Shown piece by piece: positions 28,539 to 38,217 of a DNA stretch of 64,000 nt. The DNA lies in NCBI GenBank assembly GCA_029858205.1, contig JAOUFM010000003.1:210936-274935 (forward strand). The letters run 5' to 3'. Position 1 is the stretch's first letter, and each line of letters begins with the position of its first letter. The position numbers and the translations under genes were made by a program. A model generated the notes under the pieces. That model worked only from the letters and a program-made list of their open reading frames with translations. It was not told the origin of the DNA and did no database searches. The DNA is from Deltaproteobacteria bacterium (GTDB taxonomy: Bacteria > Desulfobacterota > GWC2-55-46 > DRQE01).

Positions 28539-29426
28539 ATGGTTTTCGACAGCATAAAAGCAGGACTCTTAAAAACCCGTAACGCGATAGTCGGCGGAAT
28601 ATCCTCGGCCCTTGGCATGGCGCCGACAGCAGAGACACTTGAGAAGCTCGAGGAATCGCTTCTTACCGCAGACATAGGGGTCGAAACTTCCACGGAAATA
28701 ATCGAAGCAATCAAGACGGGCAGCGGCAAAGAGCCGGACGCCCTTGCCGGAGTAATCCGCTCGAAGATTTTCGACATAATGAGGACGGTTGAGGCGCCGC
28801 TCTCCGTGGCCCCCCAGACTCCTTTTGTAATAATGGTGCTCGGCGTAAACGGGGTTGGCAAGACAACCACCATCGGAAAGCTTGCAACGTATTTTTCCGC
28901 CAAAGGTAAAAACGTGCTCATTGGCGCTGGCGACACCTTTCGCGCAGCGGCCATAGAACAACTAGACGTCTGGTGCAAACGTGCGAACTGCCAGGTCGTA
29001 AAGCACTCGCACGGCGCAGACCCTGCGGCGGTTGCCTACGACACCATACGCTCGGCAATATCCAAAAAGGCCGATGTCGTAATCCTCGACACAGCCGGAA
29101 GGCTGCATACGAAAACCAACCTCATGGAAGAACTAAAAAAAATAAAGCGCGTCATGGAAAAGGAACTCCCCGGCGCGCCACACGAAAGGCTTCTCGTGCT
29201 CGACGCCTCGACCGGCCAGAACGCCCTTAACCAGGCGCGCCTCTTTAACGAGGCCGTCGGGGTGACCGGCATAATAGTGACAAAACTCGACGGCACGGCA
29301 AAGGGCGGCATAATCGTGCCAATGGCCAGGGAGCTGAAAATTCCCATCCGTTTCATCGGGGTTGGAGAGAGCGCCGAAGACTTAAAGGAATTCAACGCAA
29401 AGGATTTCGCTGACGCCATAGTGTAG
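28539..29426 (+). CDS. ftsY: Signal recognition particle receptor FtsY (short NG form)
   Basis: 'MVLGVNGVGKTTTIGKLA', 'DTAGR', 'TKLDGTAKGG'. Confidence 0.9.
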   Translation: MVFDSIKAGLLKTRNAIVGGISSALGMAPTAETLEKLEESLLTADIGVETSTEIIEAIKTGSGKEPDALAGVIRSKIFDIMRTVEAPLSVAPQTPFVIMVLGVNGVGKTTTIGKLATYFSAKGKNVLIGAGDTFRAAAIEQLDVWCKRANCQVVKHSHGADPAAVAYDTIRSAISKKADVVILDTAGRLHTKTNLMEELKKIKRVMEKELPGAPHERLLVLDASTGQNALNQARLFNEAVGVTGIIVTKLDGTAKGGIIVPMARELKIPIRFIGVGESAEDLKEFNAKDFADAIV

Positions 29427-29466
29427 CGGGCACATTACAGCAAACCGCCTAACCAAGAGAGAGCTC

Positions 29467-30003
29467 ATGGATAAGAACACCGAAATATTCTACGCAATCT
29501 CCAAAAAACGCAAAAGCATCCGCGCGTTCAAACCCGACAGCATAAGCGACGAAATAACCTCGCGCCTTCTTGAAGAACTTAGAAACTCGGAAAGCGCGGC
29601 AAACCGGCAGCCCTGGCACTTTATCGTGCTAAAAGGCGAGGACAAGAAACGCTTTGACCACGTGTTTACAAAAGACGGCTTTAAGACAGCGCCGCTTTGC
29701 ATCGTTGGCTGCGCAGAGCCAAAGCAGGCCTGGGTAAGGAAATCCGACAACGCCAACTACGCGGAAATCGACGTGACCATAGCACTTACGAGAATGATAA
29801 GCGCCGCAACTGCAGAAGGCATCGGAAGCTGCTGGATAGCGGCATTCGACCCGATTGAAGTAAGAAAAACCCTTTCTTTACCCGACGCCGTAGTACCCGT
29901 CGGCATCATAGCCCTTGGATACCCCGAGACCGAACTCAAAGTGGAAGAAAAACCGCGCAAACCTCTAAAGGAGATACTCCACCATGGGAAATGGCAAGGA
30001 TAA
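29467..30003 (+). CDS. Nitroreductase-family protein
   Basis: 'SIRAFKPD...RQPWHFIV' nitroreductase fold, 178 aa. Confidence 0.7.
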   Translation: MDKNTEIFYAISKKRKSIRAFKPDSISDEITSRLLEELRNSESAANRQPWHFIVLKGEDKKRFDHVFTKDGFKTAPLCIVGCAEPKQAWVRKSDNANYAEIDVTIALTRMISAATAEGIGSCWIAAFDPIEVRKTLSLPDAVVPVGIIALGYPETELKVEEKPRKPLKEILHHGKWQG

Positions 30004-30367
30004 CAAGAACGGCGACTACGTACTGCTAAGGCCCGACCGAAGGCGCGACACGCGTAAGCCGATACTCGTGCTTCGCGTAACAGAGGCACGCTCTAACGTC
30101 TTCTTTGGTTACGCAAAAAACATCAGCAGAGGCGGGCTCTTTATTTCGACCGTAAACCCAAGAAAGGTCGGTGAAGAATTCAAGATAGCCTTCGATTCCC
30201 CTGTGGACGGCAAGCAAATAATCTGCAACAGTGCGGTCGCATGGATAAGGAACTATTCACCGGAGACAAAGCTCGAGGCAGGCATGGGCATGAGGTTCCT
30301 TGATCTAAACGAAGAGGAAAGAAAAACAATCGATGAATGGGTAAAGCTCAAGCCGAAAAAAAGATAA
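29984..30367 (+). CDS. PilZ-domain protein (c-di-GMP receptor-like)
   Basis: 'RRDTRKPILVLRV...GYAKNISRGGLFI' PilZ RxxxR / DxSxxG-like motifs. Confidence 0.6.
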   Translation: MGNGKDNKNGDYVLLRPDRRRDTRKPILVLRVTEARSNVFFGYAKNISRGGLFISTVNPRKVGEEFKIAFDSPVDGKQIICNSAVAWIRNYSPETKLEAGMGMRFLDLNEEERKTIDEWVKLKPKKR

Positions 30368-30370
30368 GCC

Positions 30371-31774
30371 CTAGTTTTTGACTGTCCATACAGTGCCCGA
30401 GGCTGTATCCTCGAGCATAATGCCCTTTTCCTTCAACTCGGCGCGTATCGCGTCTGCCCGCTTAAAGTCCTTGTTCTTTTTCGCCTCAAGCCTTTCGTTT
30501 ATAAGACGCTCTATCTCTTCCTTTGGAAGAGCTGCCATGGCCTTTAACTCGCCAAAGTAAGCAGCCGGGGTTTTGTCGAAGGTGCCAAGTATCTTCCCTG
30601 CCTCCTTTATTATGCCGAGCGAAGCGGCAATTGCCATTACGTCTTTTTTACCGGAATCAAGCGCTCTATTTATATCAGCGATTTCCTTAAACACCTCGCC
30701 CACAACTGCAGCGGTGTTAAAATCGTCGTCCATGGCCCCGGTTATCGCGCTTATATTCTTTTTGTCCGGGATATTCTTCACTGCCTCCGGGCACTCTGTC
30801 TCGACGCGCTCGAGCGTTTTATAGAACCTCGAGGCCTTTGCCTCGGCCTCAACAAGCGAATCTGCCGAGTACTCTATCGGAGAGCGGTAGTGGCTGGAGA
30901 GAAGAAAGAGCCTGACACTTTCAGCGGTATTTCTCTTTAGCACTTCCTTTATGGTAAGAATATTACCAAGCGACTTGCTCATCTTCTCTGACTCGATATT
31001 CACAAACCCATTATGCATCCAGTATCTGGCAAATGTCTTGCCGATTGCGGCCTCGCTCTGCGCGACCTCGTTTTCGTGGTGCGGGAACACAAGGTCCTTA
31101 CCGCCGCCGTGGATGTCTATTGTTTCGCCAAGGTGCTCAAGGCACATGGCAGAGCACTCTATGTGCCACCCCGGACGGCCTTCGCCCCACGGGCTCTTCC
31201 ACTTCGGTTCATTTGGCTTCGATGCCTTCCAGAGCGCAAAATCGAGCGGGTCGTTCTTGCGCTCGTTAACGTCTACTCTCGCGCCTGCCTCGAGGTCCTC
31301 GATGTTCTTACCCGAAAGTTTTCCGTACTCCTTGAACTTTCTTACCGAATAATAAACATCGCCGTCCATCACGTAGGCAAAGCCCTTTTCAACAAGCCGC
31401 TCTATGACCTCGATGATTTTCTCTATTGTCTCGGTTGCCTTGGGCCTGATGCTTGGAAGCTCCACGCCAAGAGATGCCATGTCCTCGTCGTAGGCCTTTA
31501 TGAACTCGGCGGCGACATCCTCGGATGTCCTGCCCTCTTTATTGGCACGGTTTATTATCTTGTCGTCGATGTCAGTATAATTCTTTGCGAACTTTACTTC
31601 ATAGCCGGCATACTTTAGATACCTGTACACGGCATCGAAGCTCACAGCGCTTCTTGCGTGTCCAATGTGGCTTAGGTCGTATACGGTAGGGCCGCAGACA
31701 TACATGAGCACGCGGTTGCCCGAGACCTTGAACTCTTCTTTTGCGCCTGTCTTTGTGTTGAAAATTTTAAGCAT
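30371..31774 (-). CDS. cysS: Cysteine--tRNA ligase
   Basis: 'HIGHARS' and 'KMSKSLGN' class-I motifs, 467 aa. Confidence 0.9.
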   Translation of the reverse strand: MLKIFNTKTGAKEEFKVSGNRVLMYVCGPTVYDLSHIGHARSAVSFDAVYRYLKYAGYEVKFAKNYTDIDDKIINRANKEGRTSEDVAAEFIKAYDEDMASLGVELPSIRPKATETIEKIIEVIERLVEKGFAYVMDGDVYYSVRKFKEYGKLSGKNIEDLEAGARVDVNERKNDPLDFALWKASKPNEPKWKSPWGEGRPGWHIECSAMCLEHLGETIDIHGGGKDLVFPHHENEVAQSEAAIGKTFARYWMHNGFVNIESEKMSKSLGNILTIKEVLKRNTAESVRLFLLSSHYRSPIEYSADSLVEAEAKASRFYKTLERVETECPEAVKNIPDKKNISAITGAMDDDFNTAAVVGEVFKEIADINRALDSGKKDVMAIAASLGIIKEAGKILGTFDKTPAAYFGELKAMAALPKEEIERLINERLEAKKNKDFKRADAIRAELKEKGIMLEDTASGTVWTVKN

Positions 31775-31794
31775 CTATCTGCCGCTATCCCTTC

Positions 31795-32271
31795 TTAAGC
31801 ATTATCAACGAGCAAAACAACTGCATAGGCCTTTATGCCAAGCTTCGAGCCCGTAAACCCGAGGCCTTCCTCTGTCTTGCCCTTTACGTTCACCATCTCC
31901 GCGCTGCAGCCAACCGCCTTTGCAATTGTCTCGCGTATCCTGTCAATGTAAGGCAAAAGCTTCGGCTCCTCGCATACGACGGTGGAATCGATATTATGTA
32001 CCTTAAGCTTCTTTTTCTTTATCTCGGCTATGGTCTTTTCAAGAAGCACGAGGCTGGATATGTCTTTATACGTGTTGTCGGTTGGAGGAAAATGGCGGCC
32101 TATGTCGCCAAGCCCGGCAGCCCCGAGTATCGCGTCGATTACCGCATGAAGAAGAACATCGGCATCGGAATGCCCGTCAGGGCCATAGGCGCACTCTATC
32201 CTCACGCCTCCGAGCACAAACGGCCTGCCTTCCTTATATCTATGTACGTCGTAACCGAATCCTATGCGCAT
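31795..32271 (-). CDS. ispF: 2-C-methyl-D-erythritol 2,4-cyclodiphosphate synthase
   Basis: 'MRIGFGYDVHRY...GHSDADVLLHA'. Confidence 0.9.
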   Translation of the reverse strand: MRIGFGYDVHRYKEGRPFVLGGVRIECAYGPDGHSDADVLLHAVIDAILGAAGLGDIGRHFPPTDNTYKDISSLVLLEKTIAEIKKKKLKVHNIDSTVVCEEPKLLPYIDRIRETIAKAVGCSAEMVNVKGKTEEGLGFTGSKLGIKAYAVVLLVDNA

Positions 32272-32314
32272 AGATTCTCCAAGGTCTTAAAGATACAGTA
32301 TCAGGGCGCGCTCT

Positions 32315-33145
32315 TCAAGGGTTTTCTCTTAGCTTTTCCCTGCCCTTCAAAAGCTCTTTGGCAACGAATTTTTTGGCCTCCATGAGCTCTTCGACAACGG
32401 TTATGTCAACGGGTGTTGTGCCATTCAAAAGCCCTTCGGCAACGGCTATGTCGACTGGCGTTGTGACCTTGATGTTCTCCGGCAGCCCCTCGACAACCGT
32501 TACGGCAATGCTTAGCCGCTCGACAAGCGAGCTTTCGTCCGTGCCGATGTAATTGTCTTTTAGGGCCGCGTCAAATGCCTTTTTTAAAACATCTACGGCA
32601 AAGCCCTGCGGCGTTTGCACGGAAATGAGCTTATCTCTATCTATGGTAGCCTTCACCCGGCCATCTGATACTTCCTTTATCGTGTCCTTCGGTTTTATGC
32701 CCGGAATGGCTGCCTTGTGTTTTATCACCGCTGCTATCACCTCGTCTATAAGCTTTACAGTAACAAGCGGCCTTGCAGCGTCGTGCACAAGGACAATATC
32801 AAAGGAATCCTTTATAACCTCGAAGCCATTTCTTACCGAATCTTGCCGCTCCTTGCCGCCCTCGACCACCTTCAAAACTTTTTTAAAGCCAAACTTCGTA
32901 ATGACTTCTTCCACGCACATCTCAACGTCTCCGGGAGGAACAACGACCACGACTGCGTCGACAAACGACGAGTCCTCGAATGGTCTAAGCGTGTGCGCGA
33001 GCATTGGACGCCCGTTAAGCTCAAGAAACGCCTTTTTCCTGGAACCGAGCCGTTTACCAAACCCTGCAGACGGAATTACGGCAGCGGCCCTTGGCCTTTG
33101 TGAGTTCATTTTCCCAATCATATCCATATAAGATTTATACGGCAA
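32315..33145 (-). CDS. ispD: 2-C-methyl-D-erythritol 4-phosphate cytidylyltransferase, with a duplicated C-terminal segment
   Basis: 'AAVIPSAGFGKRLG' motif. The C-terminus carries 'TTPVDIAVAEGLLNG' and 'TTPVDITVVEELMEA' in tandem. Confidence 0.85.
   Translation of the reverse strand: MPYKSYMDMIGKMNSQRPRAAAVIPSAGFGKRLGSRKKAFLELNGRPMLAHTLRPFEDSSFVDAVVVVVPPGDVEMCVEEVITKFGFKKVLKVVEGGKERQDSVRNGFEVIKDSFDIVLVHDAARPLVTVKLIDEVIAAVIKHKAAIPGIKPKDTIKEVSDGRVKATIDRDKLISVQTPQGFAVDVLKKAFDAALKDNYIGTDESSLVERLSIAVTVVEGLPENIKVTTPVDIAVAEGLLNGTTPVDITVVEELMEAKKFVAKELLKGREKLRENP
32385..32468 (-). repeat. Imperfect in-frame tandem duplication (two ~39-nt units, 45-nt period) inside the 3' end of ispD
   Basis: Units 32385-32423 and 32430-32468 are ~80% identical at the DNA level. 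They encode the duplicated 15-aa C-terminal motif. Confidence 0.6.
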
Positions 33146-33224
33146 AACCTGACAAAAAACAAGCTGCCCGGCATCTTACGCCGCCGGGCAGCTTTCCATT
33201 CCCAGAAACTTTTATAAAACCCTC

Positions 33225-33740
33225 TCAGGCCCTTTTGACCTTGAATATGATATCGAGCTCCTTCTCAACGTTCTCTTCCTTCTTCTTCTTTGCAACCGAT
33301 ATTTCCTTTACAAGAAGGTTTCTCGCGGTATCGAGCATCTTTCTCTCGCCAAAGGAAAGCTCCTTGCCGTTCTTAAGATTGCTTAAATCCCTTAGAACGC
33401 TCGCCACTTCCATAGCGCATCCGGTCTTTAGCTTCTCGGTATAATCTCTATACCTTCTGTTCCACGTCTGGCCGTCTTGAGAAGCCGACTTCTTCTGCTT
33501 AAGCACAGAGTAGACCTTCGGGACCATACTCTTCTTCATTACTTTTCTAAGTCCCACGTTATCGGCATTGGTGGTCGGCACCATGATGGTCGCATCAGAG
33601 CCGAGAACCTTAAGCACATAGAACGACGAGTCCTTACCGAGTATCTTTCGTTTCTCTATCCCCTCAACAACAGCCACCCCGTGCGCCGGATATACCATTA
33701 ATTCTCCGGCCTTAAACGTATCGATACTCACTTTCGCCAT
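33225..33740 (-). CDS. carD: CarD/CdnL-family RNA-polymerase-binding transcription regulator
   Basis: 'ELMVYPAHGVAVVEGIE' CarD_TRCF N-domain, 171 aa. Confidence 0.8.
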   Translation of the reverse strand: MAKVSIDTFKAGELMVYPAHGVAVVEGIEKRKILGKDSSFYVLKVLGSDATIMVPTTNADNVGLRKVMKKSMVPKVYSVLKQKKSASQDGQTWNRRYRDYTEKLKTGCAMEVASVLRDLSNLKNGKELSFGERKMLDTARNLLVKEISVAKKKKEENVEKELDIIFKVKRA

Positions 33741-33867
33741 AATTTTAGGACCTCTCTTGGTATTTAGGTATTTATAGGCAAACGACGAGCTAATAGACTA
33801 TATCATGAATATTGCTGTTGGTCAAGGATTTTTAATGTACACTTAATCTAAGTGATACTTTTAAAGC

Positions 33868-33900
33868 ACAAAACCCCGGCAGAAATTCTGCCGGGGTTTT
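33868..33900 (-). terminator. Rho-independent terminator downstream of glnA (perfect 9-bp GC-rich stem CCCCGGCAG/CTGCCGGGG, 5-nt loop, U-tract on both strands, so bidirectional)
   Basis: 'aaaaccccggcagaaattctgccggggtttt' read directly from the sequence, 28 nt after the glnA stop. Confidence 0.6.
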
Positions 33901-33927
33901 GCAAAATATACCTTTATTATCGGTATG

Positions 33928-35340
33928 TTAGCAGTCGAAATACAGGAGGAACTCGTGCGGTGTAGGCCTTAATCTGACCTCTTTAAGCTCCTTTTCGGTC
34001 TTGTACTCTATCCAGGTATCTATGACGTCCTGGGTAAAGACATCACCCTTCAAAAGGAACTCATGGTCATCCTTCAGGGCATTTAGCGCCTCGTCAAGGG
34101 AGCCTGCTGCCGACGGTATCTTCTTAAGCTCCTCAGGGGAGAGCCCGTAGATGTTCTTATCGAGCGCCTCACCCGGATCTATCTTGTTCTTAATGCCGTC
34201 AAGACCAGCCATGAGCATGGCGCTCATCGCAAGGTATCCGTTGCAGGCCGGGTCAGGGAACCTTACTTCGATCCTCTTTGCCTTTGGAGAAGGCGAATAC
34301 ATCGGTATCCTTATGGAGGCCGAACGGTTGCGGCTCGAGTACGCGAGGTTTATCGGCGCCTCGTAGCCTGGAACGAGCCTCTTATAGGAATTGGTCGTCG
34401 GGTTGCAGATGGCATTAAGGGCCTTAGCGTGCTTAAGGATACCGCCGATATAATACATGGCGAGCTCGCTCATGCCGCCGTACTTATTGCCGGCGAAAAG
34501 GGGCTTACCGCCCTTCCATATGGACTGGTGAACGTGCATGCCGCTGCCATTGTCACCGTAAAGGGGCTTTGGCATGAAGGTAACGGTCTTGTTCCACCTT
34601 CTTGCGACGTTCTTTATTATGTACTTGAACCACTGAAGCTTATCGCCCATGTTAAGGAGCGAATCGAAACGCATATCAATCTCCGCCTGCCCTGCTGTTG
34701 CGACCTCGTGATGCTGCCTCTCGACCTTTATCCCGACCTGCTCCATGATAAGGCACATCTCGTTACGAAGATCGTTTTGCGTGTCAGTCGGCGCAACCGG
34801 GAAGTACCCTTCCTTATGACGGGTCTTATAGCCGAGGTTCGGGCACTCTTCTCTTCCGGTGTTCCACACAGCCTCTTCCGAATCTATATAGAAGAAACCC
34901 TGGTGCGGGGTGCTGCTATAGCGGATATCGTCGAATATGAAGAACTCGGGCTCAGGGCCGAAGTACGCGACATCGCCTATGCCCGTGCTCTTGAGATATG
35001 CCTCTGCCTTGATCGCGATGTTCCTCGGGTCCCTTGAATACGCCTCCTTGGTTATCGGGTCAACGACATTGCATATGAGACTAAGTGTCGGCACCTCGGA
35101 GAAAGGCTCCATGACCGCTGTCCTTGCGTCCGGGATTACGAGCATGTCGCTTGCATGAATAGGCTGCCAGCCTCTTATGCTGGAGCCGTCAAAACCGAGC
35201 CCCTCTTCAAACACGTCTTCGGTCAACTCGTCTATCGGGCATACGAAGTGCTGCCATATGCCGATAAAGTCGAGGAATTTAAAATCCACCATCCGTGCCT
35301 TGTTGTCCTGCGCAAATTTTAGTGCGTCTTTCGGTTTCAT
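33928..35340 (-). CDS. glnA: Glutamine synthetase type I
   Basis: 470-aa GSI with the adenylylation-region and catalytic motifs. Confidence 0.9.
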   Translation of the reverse strand: MKPKDALKFAQDNKARMVDFKFLDFIGIWQHFVCPIDELTEDVFEEGLGFDGSSIRGWQPIHASDMLVIPDARTAVMEPFSEVPTLSLICNVVDPITKEAYSRDPRNIAIKAEAYLKSTGIGDVAYFGPEPEFFIFDDIRYSSTPHQGFFYIDSEEAVWNTGREECPNLGYKTRHKEGYFPVAPTDTQNDLRNEMCLIMEQVGIKVERQHHEVATAGQAEIDMRFDSLLNMGDKLQWFKYIIKNVARRWNKTVTFMPKPLYGDNGSGMHVHQSIWKGGKPLFAGNKYGGMSELAMYYIGGILKHAKALNAICNPTTNSYKRLVPGYEAPINLAYSSRNRSASIRIPMYSPSPKAKRIEVRFPDPACNGYLAMSAMLMAGLDGIKNKIDPGEALDKNIYGLSPEELKKIPSAAGSLDEALNALKDDHEFLLKGDVFTQDVIDTWIEYKTEKELKEVRLRPTPHEFLLYFDC

Positions 35341-35394
35341 CTTCTTATTGCTCCTTCTCTTGTTTTTTGAAAATCCCTGCTGTTTTATAAAAAC

Positions 35395-35769
<375 letters not shown>

Positions 35770-35774
35770 TTATA

Positions 35775-35791
35775 TTGCAAGCACCGTGCCT
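35775..35791 (-). promoter_or_regulatory. Sigma-54 (-24/-12) promoter for glnB-glnA: aGGCACGgtgcTTGCA on the minus strand
   Basis: GG and GC elements at the canonical 12-nt spacing, about 40 nt upstream of the glnB ATG. Confidence 0.5.
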
Positions 35792-35843
35792 AAATCTAAC
35801 AGCTTGATTTTATTGGATTTTATCCCGACAAGCCCGCAGCGCC

Positions 35844-35860
35844 TGCCTAAAAAATAGGCA
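35844..35860. promoter_or_regulatory. 17-bp dyad TGCCTAAAAAATAGGCA about 65 bp upstream of the sigma-54 -24 element. Candidate enhancer-binding (NtrC-like) site.
   Basis: Perfect inverted repeat read in the sequence. Its position fits an activator site for the divergent glnB promoter. Confidence 0.3.
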
Positions 35861-35933
35861 TTATTCGGGATATCTGTGTCAAATTTAATCAGGGTTGTTG
35901 ATTAATGGTGCATACTTCTGCTAATCTTTTTAT

Positions 35934-36440
35934 ATGTCCATGCGCATTATGATAGACGGATACAACCTTATAGCGACGATGTTCCCGGACGCTCTCTCCG
36001 GCGACCTCGAGGCAAAGAGAGAACAGCTCTCAGCCTCGCTCTCTGCCTACAAAAAGCTTCGCGGCGTAAAGATAACCATCGTGTTCGACGCCCAGGGAAG
36101 CGGCAGGCTTACGGAAGGAAGCTTTAACATAAAAGGCGTGTCGACCGTATTTACCGCCAAAGAAACGGCAGACGACTATCTTAAAAAAGCCAGCGTGGAA
36201 TTCGGAGGCGGCCTGACGATAATAACATCGGACAACGACGTTGCCGGCTTTGCGGAAAAAAATGGAGCTGTGGCAATATCTTCGGAAGAGTTCGCACGGA
36301 TACTGGAAAACGCCCTTTACTACGAAATAAAGGGCGTAACCGAAGAGGATGAGGAAGATAGTTGCGGAAATAAAAAAGGCCCGTCAAAGAGGCCTTCCAA
36401 AAAAGACCGGGCGCATAGCGCCCGCCTGAAAAAACTCTGA
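35934..36440 (+). CDS. YacP-like NYN-domain (PIN-like) ribonuclease
   Basis: 'IMIDGYNLIATMF...' NYN fold; basic C-terminal tail. Confidence 0.7.
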   Translation: MSMRIMIDGYNLIATMFPDALSGDLEAKREQLSASLSAYKKLRGVKITIVFDAQGSGRLTEGSFNIKGVSTVFTAKETADDYLKKASVEFGGGLTIITSDNDVAGFAEKNGAVAISSEEFARILENALYYEIKGVTEEDEEDSCGNKKGPSKRPSKKDRAHSARLKKL

Positions 36441-36452
36441 CAAAAGACTATC

Positions 36453-38174
36453 TTACTTATCGGGCCCTATAGTCTGAAGTTTCAACGGTGCTGCTGCTTT
36501 TTCTATCTCGGCTGCCGGCAAACGCTCGCCCTTTTGTACTCTATCTCCGAGCGTACTATAATACTTCACCTTTTCCGGCAACTCTTTTATCACATACAAC
36601 AATGCAAGACATCTATACGCCCAGGGGTCTTTCGTATCATTTAACAATACCGCTGTTTTAAAATCGATTTCCGCCTTTTCCATATCCCCTTTTTTATTTC
36701 TTCTTTGAAAAGCATTGCCTCGCATAACATAGTGATTCCATGCTTTAGGGTTCGCCTTTATGCCTTCATTGTAGTCTATGATTGCTTCATCAAGCCTGTT
36801 TATACGGAAAAAATAATACCCCCGCTTAATACGGCTAAGGACTATCGCATCGGCATTTCCTTTGCCGACGTAGGAAAGCTCATGTGTCCAAAATGAGTAA
36901 TCGTCTCTCCAAATATTTATCTGGGACGAAGTCTTCATGGTAAGCAAAATCACGATAGCAGCCGCAATGGCTATCGCCCCGGCCTTTACAACGCGCATTT
37001 CTCTGTAACCGTAAAACGCCGCGAGCGCCGCGCCCACAAGCAGAAATAACGACAAGGATGGCAGATACATATACCTATCGGCCGCCACCTGCCCGCCGAC
37101 CTGAACAATACCGATAACAGGCAACAGCGTTATAACGTAAAAAGCCCACGCGGCGAGAAAATATGGCCGCTTTTTACAATACATAACACCAATCGCAGTT
37201 ATAAACCCAAAAAAGGATATTGCCAACAAGGTTTTTCCTGACCACAGAGATATATCTACGCTGTGCGGATAAAACGGCATAAGAACGTTCGGAAAAACGG
37301 TTTTTTCAAGGTAAAACACATAGGTCTGAAACATATGCGCCGCCCTGACAGACATCGGTTTGACCTCTAACGGCGCTATTGCACTCTTTTGGGCCATTAT
37401 GGTCGTAAGCGACACGGCAAGACTTAGCATTATAAACGGCACTTTGTTTACCGCTTCACTTATAAGATTCTTGAAACTATTTAGCCTCCCTAACGGATAG
37501 AAATCCAGTATAAGCAAAGTCACCGGTATGGAAACCGCCATCGGCTTGCTCATCATAGACAACACACAAAAAAACAGAGAATACGCATAAGCCCCGCCCC
37601 TGCTTGCCGATTCACCCGTTTTATAGCGAATATAAAACAACAGACAAAGAACATAAAACACCGCACAAAGCACATCCTTGCGCTCCGATACCCAGGCAAC
37701 ACTTTCCACATGCAACGGGTGTATGCCAAACAACATCGCGCAAACAAATGCGGCAAAAAATAGCCTGAACCTATCTGTCTCTTTGTTCAACACAACGGAT
37801 AACAGCTTATACCCGAACCAGAACACAAGCCCTGTGGCAATGGCATGCAAAGCTATATTCGTAAGATGATAGCCCATGGGATCCAAACCCCAGATCATAT
37901 AATCGAACTTATATGACAAATTAGTAAGCGGGTGCCAATTACCGGGATGCATAGAGGTAAATGCGGCGAAAATAAAATCCCACCCGTTTTGGGAAAGTAG
38001 TGGATTGTTTAAGACATAATCATTGTCGTCCCAGTCTACAAAACCAAAGGTGATGGCTTTCAAATATACAACAAAGGTAAACAATCCGATTGCCAGCGAT
38101 ATTGCCGGAACAAACCATTTTTTAGCAGCACTGTCGGAATTACCTGATTTTTCAAATATACTATTATTTTTCAT
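36453..38174 (-). CDS. TMTC-like GT-C glycosyltransferase (DUF1736-type membrane domain + C-terminal TPR repeats), paralog 1
   Basis: Multi-TM N-half with 'NWHPLTNLSYKFDY...GYHLTNIALHA' and 'HPLHVESVAWVSERKDVL', followed by a C-terminal TPR region. Confidence 0.6.
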   Translation of the reverse strand: MKNNSIFEKSGNSDSAAKKWFVPAISLAIGLFTFVVYLKAITFGFVDWDDNDYVLNNPLLSQNGWDFIFAAFTSMHPGNWHPLTNLSYKFDYMIWGLDPMGYHLTNIALHAIATGLVFWFGYKLLSVVLNKETDRFRLFFAAFVCAMLFGIHPLHVESVAWVSERKDVLCAVFYVLCLLFYIRYKTGESASRGGAYAYSLFFCVLSMMSKPMAVSIPVTLLILDFYPLGRLNSFKNLISEAVNKVPFIMLSLAVSLTTIMAQKSAIAPLEVKPMSVRAAHMFQTYVFYLEKTVFPNVLMPFYPHSVDISLWSGKTLLAISFFGFITAIGVMYCKKRPYFLAAWAFYVITLLPVIGIVQVGGQVAADRYMYLPSLSLFLLVGAALAAFYGYREMRVVKAGAIAIAAAIVILLTMKTSSQINIWRDDYSFWTHELSYVGKGNADAIVLSRIKRGYYFFRINRLDEAIIDYNEGIKANPKAWNHYVMRGNAFQRRNKKGDMEKAEIDFKTAVLLNDTKDPWAYRCLALLYVIKELPEKVKYYSTLGDRVQKGERLPAAEIEKAAAPLKLQTIGPDK

Positions 38175-38217
38175 TTTTCAAACTGCTCCAACACAACGAT
38201 TTTTTTAACTTGCCGGT

